Source of the DNA: Lachnospiraceae bacterium
GTDB lineage: Bacteria; Bacillota; Clostridia; Lachnospirales; Lachnospiraceae
Assembly: GCA_015057865.1 (NCBI GenBank)
Contig: SVDH01000005.1
Coordinates: 29,950 to 93,949 of the forward strand
Direction of reading: 5' to 3'
Length of the DNA stretch: 64,000 nt
A program made the position numbers and the translations under genes. Numbering within the stretch: position 1 is the first letter of the stretch; every line of letters starts with the position of its first letter. The notes under the pieces were generated by a model. That model had not been told where the DNA came from. It did no database searches and worked only from the letters and a program-made list of their open reading frames with translations. Shown here piece after piece: positions 55,302 to 64,000 of this stretch.

Positions 55302-58300
55302 ATGGAGAAAAACAGAATACGTCCGGTCGAGGCCGGAAGAAACATGCGTATGAGTTATTCCAGACAGAAGGAAGTCCTGGAGATGCCCAACCTGATCGAG
55401 GTTCAGAAGGAATCCTATAAGTGGTTTCTGACCGACGGGTTGAAGGAGGTCTTCGAGGATGTGTCTCCGATCATGGATTACAGTGGTAATCTCAGCCTGG
55501 AATTCGGGGACTTTACACTATGTACGGATGAAGTGAAATATTCCATACAGGAGTGTAAGGGAAGGGATATGACTTATGCAGCACCATTGAAAGTCAAGGT
55601 GAGACTCTATAATAAAGAGGCAGAAGACATCAATGAGCATGAGATTTTTATCGGCGATCTTCCACTGATGACTGAGACGGGAACGTTTGTGATCAATGGG
55701 GCAGAGCGTGTTATAGTCAGCCAGCTGGTTCGTTCACCGGGCATTTATTATGGAATCGCCCATGATAAAGTCGGTAAGGAGCTCTTTTCGTGTACCGTAA
55801 TCCCGAACAGGGGTGCATGGCTGGAATATGAGACAGATTCAAACGATGTTTTTTATGTTCGTGTTGACAGGACCCGTAAAGTACCGATCACAGTTTTGAT
55901 CCGTGCGCTTGGATACGGGACGAATCAGGAGATCGTTGACCTCTTTGGCGAGGAGCCGAAGATCATGGCAAGTCTCGGAAAAGATATTGCAGCAAGCTAT
56001 CAGGACGGTCTTCTGGAATTATATAAGAAGATCCGCCCGGGTGAGCCGCTGTCTGTAGAGAGCGCAGAGAGCCTGATCACAGCGATGTTTTTTGACCCGA
56101 GAAGATATGATCTTGCCCGTGTAGGCAGATATAAATTCAACAAAAAGCTGATGCTGCGCAACCGGATCGCCGGCCAGACACTCGCAGAGGATGTTGTGGA
56201 TATGCAGACAGGTGAATTCCTGGCAGAAGCAGGCACGGTTGTAACAAGAGAACTTGCGGATCAGATCCAGAATGCCGCAGTTCCGGCAGTGCTGATCCAG
56301 ACAGAAAGCCGCAATGTACGTGTTCTTTCCAACATGATGGTAGATCTGCGTAATTTTGTGGATTGTGATCCGGAAGAGCTTGGGATCACAGAGCTTGTAT
56401 ACTATCCGGTACTTGAGCAGATGATGCGCGAGATCCCGGAAATTGAAGAACTCAAAGAAGCGATCAAGAGAAGCGTACATGACCTGATTCCGAAGCATAT
56501 CACCAAGGAAGATATCATCGCTTCTATCAACTATCATATCCATCTCGAATACGGAATCGGCAGTGATGATGACATTGACCACCTCGGAAACCGCCGTATC
56601 CGTGCAGTCGGTGAGCTTCTGCAGAACCAGTACAGAATCGGTATTTCACGTCTGGAGCGTGTTGTGCGGGAGCGCATGACCACACAGGATATCGAAACGA
56701 TCACACCGCAGAGTCTGATCAACATCAAGCCGGTGACGGCAGCTGTAAAGGAATTCTTTGGTTCTTCCCAGCTGTCCCAGTTTATGGATCAGAACAACCC
56801 GCTTGGCGAGCTGACGCATAAGCGTCGTTTATCAGCATTGGGACCGGGCGGTCTGTCCAGAGACCGTGCCGGATTTGAGGTTCGTGATATCCATTATTCC
56901 CATTACGGAAGAATGTGCCCGATCGAGACACCTGAAGGTCCGAATATCGGTCTGATCAACTCCCTGGCTTCTTATGCCCGTATTAACAAGTACGGCTTTG
57001 TTGAGGCACCGTATCGTAAGATCGATAAAACAGATCCGCAGAATCCGCGTGTTACGGATGAAGTTGTCTACATGACTGCGGATGAAGAAGATAATTACCA
57101 TGTAGCACAGGCAAATGAGCCGCTCGATGAAGAAGGACACTTCAAGAGAAAATCCGTTTCCGGCCGTTTCCGTAAAGAGACGCAGGAATACGAGAGAACA
57201 GCGTTTGACTTCATGGATGTCTCTCCGAAGATGGTGTTCTCAGTCGCAACCGCACTGATCCCGTTCCTGGAGAATGACGATGCGAACCGTGCGCTGATGG
57301 GTGCGAACATGCAGCGTCAGGCAGTACCGCTTCTGACCACAGAAGCACCGGTCGTTGGTACCGGAATGGAGCCAAAGACTGCAGTTGACTCCGGCGTTTG
57401 TGTCGTTGCAAAGGCAGACGGTGTGGTAGAGCGCGCATGTGCGGATGTTATCACGATCAAATATGATGAGGATGGCACCAGAGAAGACATTCGTCTTTCC
57501 AAATTCGAACGCTCCAACCAGTCCAACTGCTACAACCAGCGTCCGATCGTATTCAAAGGCGATCACGTTGAAGCAGGACAGGTCATTGCAGATGGTCCGT
57601 CTACCGCTAAGGGCGAGCTGGCACTCGGCAAGAACCCGTTGATCGGATTTATGACCTGGGAAGGTTATAACTACGAGGATGCGGTTCTGTTAAGTGAGCG
57701 TCTGGTACAGGATGACGTTTATACATCCATCCATATTGAAGAATATGAAGCAGAAGCACGTGATACCAAGCTGGGACCGGAAGAGATCACAAGAGATGTT
57801 CCGGGTGTCGGCGAAGATGCATTAAAAGATCTTGATGAGCGTGGTATCATCCGCATTGGCGCAGAGGTCCGCGCCGGAGATATCCTGGTTGGTAAAGTAA
57901 CACCGAAGGGTGAGACAGAGCTGACAGCAGAAGAGCGTCTTCTTCGCGCGATCTTCGGTGAGAAAGCACGTGAAGTACGTGACACCTCCCTGAAAGTACC
58001 GCATGGCGAATATGGTATTGTTGTTGACGCAAAGGTATTCTCGCGTGAAAACGGGGATGAGCTTTCACCGGGCGTGAACCAGGCAGTTCGTATTTACATC
58101 GCACAGAAGAGAAAGATCTCTGTCGGCGATAAGATGGCCGGCCGACACGGAAATAAGGGTGTTGTATCCCGTGTGCTTCCGGTAGAAGATATGCCGTTCC
58201 TGCCGAACGGACGACCGCTGGATATCGTACTGAATCCGCTGGGCGTTCCGTCCCGTATGAACATCGGACAGGTCCTGGAGATCCATCTGAGTCTGGCTGC

Positions 58301-59192
58301 AAAAGCGCTTGGCTTTGAAGTGGCAACACCTGTCTTCGACGGCGCAAAAGAAAATGATATTATGGATACCCTGGATCTGGCGAACGACTATGTAAACCTG
58401 TCCTGGGAAGAATTTGAAGCAAGACATAAAGAGGAGCTTCTTCCGGAAGTTCTGGAGTATCTTTATGAAAACCGTGAGCATCGGAAGCTGTGGAAGGGCG
58501 TACCGATTTCAAGAGACGGTAAGGTCAGACTTCGTGACGGACGTACGGGTGAATTCTTCGACAGTCCTGTTACGATCGGACATATGCACTATCTGAAGCT
58601 GCATCATCTGGTAGATGATAAGATCCATGCACGTTCTACCGGCCCGTACTCACTCGTAACACAGCAGCCGCTGGGTGGTAAGGCACAGTTCGGCGGACAG
58701 CGTTTCGGTGAGATGGAGGTTTGGGCACTTGAAGCGTATGGCGCATCCTATACTCTTCAGGAGATCCTGACAGTGAAGTCTGATGATGTGATCGGACGTG
58801 TTCGTACTTACGAGGCGATCATTAAGGGAACCAATATCCCGCAGCCGGGTATTCCGGAGTCCTTCAAGGTACTGTTGAAAGAGCTGCAGTCTCTTGGACT
58901 TGATATGACCCTTGAGGATGAGGACGGCAAAGAGGTTCGCCTGAAAGAAGCGAGCGAATACGGTACGACAGATTTCAATGCGATCGACCGTGATATGAGC
59001 CGTAATATGCAGCGTGACAACGAATCTGAATTTGCAGCAGCAGGTTATACCTCTCAGGAATTCAATGAGCAGGGTGAACTTGTGAACGTTGACGTGGAAG
59101 AGGAAGTGACGGATGAGTTTGATGCAGGTGAGATGGATCTGGAACCGTCAGATGACTTTGACATGGATGCGGAAGCAATGGATGAAGAGTAA
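55302..59192 (+). CDS. rpoB: DNA-directed RNA polymerase subunit beta
   Basis: Full-length RpoB (e.g. [25 protein letters not shown]). GAGAGGTGGA SD before the ATG at 55302. Confidence 0.97.
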   Translation: MEKNRIRPVEAGRNMRMSYSRQKEVLEMPNLIEVQKESYKWFLTDGLKEVFEDVSPIMDYSGNLSLEFGDFTLCTDEVKYSIQECKGRDMTYAAPLKVKVRLYNKEAEDINEHEIFIGDLPLMTETGTFVINGAERVIVSQLVRSPGIYYGIAHDKVGKELFSCTVIPNRGAWLEYETDSNDVFYVRVDRTRKVPITVLIRALGYGTNQEIVDLFGEEPKIMASLGKDIAASYQDGLLELYKKIRPGEPLSVESAESLITAMFFDPRRYDLARVGRYKFNKKLMLRNRIAGQTLAEDVVDMQTGEFLAEAGTVVTRELADQIQNAAVPAVLIQTESRNVRVLSNMMVDLRNFVDCDPEELGITELVYYPVLEQMMREIPEIEELKEAIKRSVHDLIPKHITKEDIIASINYHIHLEYGIGSDDDIDHLGNRRIRAVGELLQNQYRIGISRLERVVRERMTTQDIETITPQSLINIKPVTAAVKEFFGSSQLSQFMDQNNPLGELTHKRRLSALGPGGLSRDRAGFEVRDIHYSHYGRMCPIETPEGPNIGLINSLASYARINKYGFVEAPYRKIDKTDPQNPRVTDEVVYMTADEEDNYHVAQANEPLDEEGHFKRKSVSGRFRKETQEYERTAFDFMDVSPKMVFSVATALIPFLENDDANRALMGANMQRQAVPLLTTEAPVVGTGMEPKTAVDSGVCVVAKADGVVERACADVITIKYDEDGTREDIRLSKFERSNQSNCYNQRPIVFKGDHVEAGQVIADGPSTAKGELALGKNPLIGFMTWEGYNYEDAVLLSERLVQDDVYTSIHIEEYEAEARDTKLGPEEITRDVPGVGEDALKDLDERGIIRIGAEVRAGDILVGKVTPKGETELTAEERLLRAIFGEKAREVRDTSLKVPHGEYGIVVDAKVFSRENGDELSPGVNQAVRIYIAQKRKISVGDKMAGRHGNKGVVSRVLPVEDMPFLPNGRPLDIVLNPLGVPSRMNIGQVLEIHLSLAAKALGFEVATPVFDGAKENDIMDTLDLANDYVNLSWEEFEARHKEELLPEVLEYLYENREHRKLWKGVPISRDGKVRLRDGRTGEFFDSPVTIGHMHYLKLHHLVDDKIHARSTGPYSLVTQQPLGGKAQFGGQRFGEMEVWALEAYGASYTLQEILTVKSDDVIGRVRTYEAIIKGTNIPQPGIPESFKVLLKELQSLGLDMTLEDEDGKEVRLKEASEYGTTDFNAIDRDMSRNMQRDNESEFAAAGYTSQEFNEQGELVNVDVEEEVTDEFDAGEMDLEPSDDFDMDAEAMDEE

Positions 59193-59209
59193 GGGAAGGA
59201 GAATCGGAC

Positions 59210-62200
59210 ATGGCAGATTTAGCAAATAAAGATAACGTACAGAACCCAACGTTTGATGCCATTCGGATCGGACTGGCTTCCCCTGAAAAGATCCGCGAAT
59301 GGTCACACGGCGAAGTAAAAAAGCCTGAGACGATCAATTACCGTACACTGAAGCCGGAAAAAGACGGCTTGTTCTGTGAGCGCATTTTCGGACCGAGCAA
59401 GGACTGGGAATGCCACTGCGGAAAGTATAAGAAGATTCGCTATAAAGGTGTAGTCTGCGACCGATGCGGCGTAGAGGTTACAAAATCCAATGTCCGTCGT
59501 GAGCGGATGGGACATATTGAACTGGCAGCACCGGTTTCCCATATCTGGTACTTTAAGGGAATCCCGAGCCGCATGGGACTGATCCTGGATCTGTCCCCGC
59601 GTGTGCTGGAGAGAGTTCTTTACTTTGCATCCTATATTGTTCTGGATGCCGGAGATTCCGGACTTGCATATAAGCAGGTGCTGACCGAGGGTGAGTATCA
59701 GGAAGCACTGGAAAAGTACGGCATGACATTCCGTGTCGGTATGGGCGCGGAAGCAGTTCGTGAGCTTCTTGCAGCGATCGATCTGGAGAAAGAGTCTGAA
59801 GAGCTGAAGGATGAACTGAAAAAATCAACCGGCCAGAAACGCACACGTATCATCAAGCGTCTGGAAGTGGTGGAGGCATTCCGTGATTCCGGAAACAAAC
59901 CGGAATGGATGGTCATGACCGTTATCCCGGTCATTCCGCCGGATCTTCGCCCGATGGTACAGCTTGACGGTGGCCGTTTCGCGACATCAGATCTGAACGA
60001 TCTGTATCGTCGGATCATCAACAGAAACAACCGTTTGAGCCGTCTGCTTGAGCTTGGCGCACCGGACATCATCGTTCGCAACGAGAAGCGCATGCTCCAG
60101 GAAGCAGTAGATGCGCTGATCGACAACGGCCGTCGCGGAAGACCGGTTACAGGACCGGGCAACCGTGCACTGAAATCGCTTTCTGATATGCTGAAAGGTA
60201 AGGGCGGACGCTTCCGTCAGAACCTTCTGGGTAAGCGTGTTGACTATTCCGGACGTTCGGTTATCGTCGTCGGACCGGAACTTAAGATCTATCAGTGCGG
60301 TCTGCCGAAAGAAATGGCGATCGAGCTGTTTAAGCCGTTCGTTATGAAAGAGCTTGTTGGAAACAAGACAGCACATAACATCAAGAACGCAAAGAAGATG
60401 GTGGAAAGACTTCAGCCTGAGGTCTGGGATGTGCTTGAAAAAGTCATCAAAGAGCATCCGGTTATGTTAAACCGTGCCCCCACACTGCACCGTCTGGGTA
60501 TTCAGGCATTTGAGCCGATCCTGGTAGAAGGTAAGGCGATCAAGCTGCATCCGTTGGTATGTACTGCATACAATGCCGACTTTGACGGCGACCAGATGGC
60601 GGTTCATCTTCCGTTGTCTGTAGAGGCGCAGGCAGAATGCCGCTTTATGCTTCTTTCACCGAACAACCTGCTGAAACCGTCTGACGGCGGTGTCGTTGCG
60701 GTTCCGTCCCAGGATATGGTACTTGGTATCTATTACCTGACACAGGAGCGTCCGGGTTCCATCGGAGAAGGTCACTGCTTTAAGGACCTTGGGGAAGCCA
60801 TCATGGCATATGAGAACAAGGAACTCATTCTGCAGAGCCGTATCAAGGTCCGTGTGACAAGACAGATGGCGGACGGAAGCAGCAAGACAGGCCTGGTAGA
60901 GTCTACACTCGGCAGATTCCTGTTTAATGAGATCCTTCCGCAGGATCTGGGATTTGTTGACCGCTCCGTGCCGGAGAACGAACTGGCTCTGGAAGTTGAC
61001 AAGCTGGTCAAGAAAAAAGACCTCAAAGAGATCCTTGAGCGCGTGATCGGTGTACATGGCGCAACGAAGACAGCTGAAGTACTGGATGCGATCAAGTCTA
61101 TGGGATACAAGTATTCCACACAGGCCGCAATGACGGTATCCATTTCCGATATGACCGTGCCGGCTGAGAAGCAGCAGATGCTTGATGAGGCGCAGGCAAC
61201 CGTTGACAGCATTACAAGGAACTATCGCAGAGGTCTTCTGTCCGAGGAAGAACGTTACAAAGAAGTCGTACAGACCTGGAGAGATACCGATGAGAAACTG
61301 ACAAAGGTACTGCTCGATGGTCTGGATGAATTTAACAATATCAACATGATGGCGGATTCCGGAGCCCGTGGTTCCGATAAGCAGATCAAACAGCTTGCAG
61401 GTATGCGTGGACTGATGGCAGATACAACCGGTCGTACGATCGAGCTGCCGATCAAGTCGAACTTCCGTGAAGGCCTTGACGTTCTGGAGTATTTCATGTC
61501 AGCGCACGGTGCACGTAAGGGTCTGTCTGATACAGCGCTTCGTACAGCCGATTCCGGTTACCTGACGAGACGTCTGGTAGACGTTTCACAGGAGCTGATC
61601 ATCCGGGATGAGGATTGCTGCAAAGACGCACCGGAGATCCCGGGTATGTATGTATCCGCATTTATGAAGGGCAAGGAAGAAGTCGAAAGCTTCCAGGAGC
61701 GTATCACAGGACGTACCTCATGCTATGATGTCGTTGACAAAGACGGCAACGTGATCGTTGGAGCAAATCAGCTGATCACACCGAAGCGCGCGGCAGATAT
61801 CGTAGAAAAGGGTCTTGATGAAAACGGTGTTCCATTTGCAGAGCAGGAGAAGGAAGTACGGAAGTTAAAGATCCGTACGATCCTGAAATGCCGTTCCCAT
61901 CTGGGTGTTTGCGCAAAATGCTACGGTATGAACATGGCAACCGGCGCACCGGTACAGGTTGGTGAAGCGATCGGCATCATCGCAGCACAGTCGATCGGTG
62001 AGCCCGGTACTCAGCTTACCATGCGTACCTTCCATACCGGTGGTGTGGCAGGAAGCGATATCACACAGGGTCTTCCGCGTGTCGAGGAGCTGTTTGAGGC
62101 ACGTAAGCCGAAAGGTCTTGCGATCATCACTGAATTTGGCGGCAAGGCAGAGATCCGTGATACAAAGAAGAAACGTGAAGTCGTTGTAACAAATGATGAG

Positions 62201-62896
62201 ACAGGCGATTCCAAGACATATCTGATCCCGTACGGATCCAATATCAAGATCCATGACGGTGATGTGCTTGAGGCCGGCGATGAGCTGACAGAAGGTAGTG
62301 TGAATCCGCATGATATCCTGCGGATCAAGGGTCCGACAGCGGTTCAGGATTACCTGCTCAGAGAAGTACAGCGTGTATATCGTCTTCAGGGTGTTGAGAT
62401 CAACGATAAACACATCGAGGTTATCGTTCGTCAGATGATGAAGAAGATCCGTATCGAAGATAACGGAGACTCCGCATTCCTGCCGGGAACTCTGATCGAT
62501 GTGCTTGATTTTGAAGAGATGAATGAAAAGCTTGTTGCAGACGGTCTTGAGCCGGCAACCGGCAAACAGGAACTTCTGGGAATCACAAAAGCATCTCTGG
62601 CTACGAATTCGTTCATGTCAGCTGCTTCCTTCCAGGAGACGACAAAGGTATTAACCGATGCGGCGATCAAAGGAAAAGTCGATCCGTTGGTTGGCTTGAA
62701 GGAAAACGTTATCATCGGAAAACTGATACCGGCCGGCACAGGTATGAAGCGTTATCGCAATCTGCAGCTGGATTCTGATTTCACGATCAATACGAAGATC
62801 GATCTGGATGATCTCGGATTAGAAGAGGAAGCACCGGAAGTCACAGAAGAACCCGCGGATGAAGCGGAAGAGACTGTTGTGACGGAAGAAGCATAG
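59210..62896 (+). CDS. rpoC: DNA-directed RNA polymerase subunit beta'
   Basis: Zn-finger [20 protein letters not shown], catalytic NADFDGD. Confidence 0.97.
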   Translation: MADLANKDNVQNPTFDAIRIGLASPEKIREWSHGEVKKPETINYRTLKPEKDGLFCERIFGPSKDWECHCGKYKKIRYKGVVCDRCGVEVTKSNVRRERMGHIELAAPVSHIWYFKGIPSRMGLILDLSPRVLERVLYFASYIVLDAGDSGLAYKQVLTEGEYQEALEKYGMTFRVGMGAEAVRELLAAIDLEKESEELKDELKKSTGQKRTRIIKRLEVVEAFRDSGNKPEWMVMTVIPVIPPDLRPMVQLDGGRFATSDLNDLYRRIINRNNRLSRLLELGAPDIIVRNEKRMLQEAVDALIDNGRRGRPVTGPGNRALKSLSDMLKGKGGRFRQNLLGKRVDYSGRSVIVVGPELKIYQCGLPKEMAIELFKPFVMKELVGNKTAHNIKNAKKMVERLQPEVWDVLEKVIKEHPVMLNRAPTLHRLGIQAFEPILVEGKAIKLHPLVCTAYNADFDGDQMAVHLPLSVEAQAECRFMLLSPNNLLKPSDGGVVAVPSQDMVLGIYYLTQERPGSIGEGHCFKDLGEAIMAYENKELILQSRIKVRVTRQMADGSSKTGLVESTLGRFLFNEILPQDLGFVDRSVPENELALEVDKLVKKKDLKEILERVIGVHGATKTAEVLDAIKSMGYKYSTQAAMTVSISDMTVPAEKQQMLDEAQATVDSITRNYRRGLLSEEERYKEVVQTWRDTDEKLTKVLLDGLDEFNNINMMADSGARGSDKQIKQLAGMRGLMADTTGRTIELPIKSNFREGLDVLEYFMSAHGARKGLSDTALRTADSGYLTRRLVDVSQELIIRDEDCCKDAPEIPGMYVSAFMKGKEEVESFQERITGRTSCYDVVDKDGNVIVGANQLITPKRAADIVEKGLDENGVPFAEQEKEVRKLKIRTILKCRSHLGVCAKCYGMNMATGAPVQVGEAIGIIAAQSIGEPGTQLTMRTFHTGGVAGSDITQGLPRVEELFEARKPKGLAIITEFGGKAEIRDTKKKREVVVTNDETGDSKTYLIPYGSNIKIHDGDVLEAGDELTEGSVNPHDILRIKGPTAVQDYLLREVQRVYRLQGVEINDKHIEVIVRQMMKKIRIEDNGDSAFLPGTLIDVLDFEEMNEKLVADGLEPATGKQELLGITKASLATNSFMSAASFQETTKVLTDAAIKGKVDPLVGLKENVIIGKLIPAGTGMKRYRNLQLDSDFTINTKIDLDDLGLEEEAPEVTEEPADEAEETVVTEEA

Positions 62897-62936
62897 GGTA
62901 CAGACAGAAGAGAATTGCAGAAACGAATGAAATGAA

Positions 62937-62986
62937 AGGGCTGCTGTATGAATGGATTTCGTACAGCAGCTCTTGCTATATTTTTC
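62937..62986 (+). terminator. terminator hairpin after rpoC
   Basis: GCTGCTGTA / TACAGCAGC stem, followed by TCTTGCTATATTTTT. Confidence 0.5.
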
Positions 62987-63064
62987 TTGCAACGGGATAT
63001 GGTTAAGAAGTATAGTTAAAGCATGCAAAACAGGTATTCATCAAAAGGCAGGGTGAATGAGAAA

Positions 63065-64000
63065 ATGGATAAGGATTTTCTGAACGACGTATATAAGGAT
63101 TTTTTCGGAAGTGGCAGCAAAGATCCGGTTAAGAACGCAGAGGATGCGCTGAAAGAAGCAGAAAAAATGCTGGCAGATCTGCAAAAAAGGAATCAGGCCG
63201 GCATTGATGCGTTAGAAAAAGAAGTGGATGCCGTAACCGGGACAGATCCTGAAGAAAATGCAGATATCACAAAGGCAGTTTCACAGACAGAACAGGAGGA
63301 GGCACCAAAGGAACCGGAAATAGATCCGATGGAGCAGCTCAACGAACTGATCGGTCTGGCGGGGATTAAGCATGATGTACTGGAACTGACGGATTTTGTA
63401 AAAGTCCAGAAGATGCGAAAAGACCAGGGAATGAAATCGGTCCCGGTTTCCCTGCATCTTGTGTTTACCGGGAACCCCGGAACCGGTAAGACAACCGTTG
63501 CGCGGATCCTTGCAAAGCTTTATGCAAACATCGGTGCACTGTCAAAGGGACAGCTGGTGGAAGTGGACCGTTCGGGACTGGTCGCGGGGTATGTCGGACA
63601 GACAGCGCTGAAGACGCAGGAAAAGATCAAGGAAGCACTCGGAGGAGTTCTTTTTATAGATGAGGCATATGCACTTTCGCAAAAGGATGATGCCTTCGGA
63701 CAGGAAGCGATCGATACCATCCTGAAGGCGATGGAGGATCACCGGGATGATCTCGTTGTCATCGTGGCAGGTTACACGAAGCCGATGGAGGAATTTATCA
63801 ACAGCAATCCCGGACTCAAATCGCGTTTTAATAAATATATCGAGTTCCCTGACTACTCGGTTGACGAGCTCGAGGAAATCTTCTATTCTAACTGCAGCCG
63901 GTATGATTATGTTGTAGAAGAAGAGGCAAAGAAGCATGTTCGCGAGATGATCGTTGCAAGAAAGATGCAAAAGCAGGAGAATTTTGCGAATGCAAGAGAA
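63065..64000 (+). CDS. AAA+ ATPase, SpoVK/CbbX-like (3' end lies outside the window)
   Basis: Not in the ORF track because no stop falls inside the window. I read an open frame from the ATG at 63065 to 64000: MDKDFLNDVYKDFF...LHLVFTGNPGTGKTTVARILAKLY...GGVLFIDEAYAL...VVIVAGY. Confidence 0.8.
   Translation, partial: MDKDFLNDVYKDFFGSGSKDPVKNAEDALKEAEKMLADLQKRNQAGIDALEKEVDAVTGTDPEENADITKAVSQTEQEEAPKEPEIDPMEQLNELIGLAGIKHDVLELTDFVKVQKMRKDQGMKSVPVSLHLVFTGNPGTGKTTVARILAKLYANIGALSKGQLVEVDRSGLVAGYVGQTALKTQEKIKEALGGVLFIDEAYALSQKDDAFGQEAIDTILKAMEDHRDDLVVIVAGYTKPMEEFINSNPGLKSRFNKYIEFPDYSVDELEEIFYSNCSRYDYVVEEEAKKHVREMIVARKMQKQENFANARE

Noticed and set aside
1-64000. A prophage, integrative element or genomic island.
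   Set aside because: No integrase, transposase, recombinase, tRNA target or phage structural gene was recognised. The barnase/barstar and MoxR-vWA loci are not flanked by obvious mobility genes.

Overview
This 64-kb window looks like a chromosomal segment from a Firmicutes/Clostridia-type anaerobe. That assignment is an inference from strong GGAGG-type ribosome-binding sites, the gene content and roughly balanced GC by eye. I support about 55 protein genes. I found no rRNA, tRNA, CRISPR array, integrase or transposase. Left to right the window holds: tandem radical-SAM paralogs; a MacAB-like efflux set (HlyD adaptor, ABC ATPase, FtsX permease); a NUDIX hydrolase; a ~700-nt non-coding, repeat-rich region; fhs; an SDR; trmL; an MscS channel; an XRE regulator; an MFS pump; a PucR regulator divergent from a two-gene Fe-S/flavin oxidoreductase; ahcY plus a small unlisted Cys-rich ORF; mgtC; a DUF853 ATPase; a TPR lipoprotein; an NrdD-like protein; a PaaI thioesterase; barnase and barstar, with barstar fused in frame to a hydrolase; ddh; mntP; an HtrA protease; a co-directional cluster (DUF1002, GNAT-TM, LRR, vWA/metallopeptidase-like, MoxR AAA+, adenylation-AKR fusion); an OmpR/histidine-kinase pair; cysD-cysNC followed by a membrane spermidine-synthase-like gene, a C-type-lectin membrane protein and a small alarmone synthetase; the conserved rpmG-secE-nusG-rplKAJL-(signal peptidase)-rpoBC block; and a truncated SpoVK-like AAA+ gene. 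The items most worth a second look are: (1) an NrdD-like glycyl-radical protein that appears to lack both catalytic cysteines; (2) the LRR/vWA/MoxR cluster; (3) the PucR-linked modular reductase; (4) the barstar-hydrolase in-frame fusion; (5) a perfect 31-bp inverted repeat pair 6.5 kb apart, with degenerate copies forming a long hairpin upstream of fhs. All family assignments come from motif recognition by eye; no searches were run.
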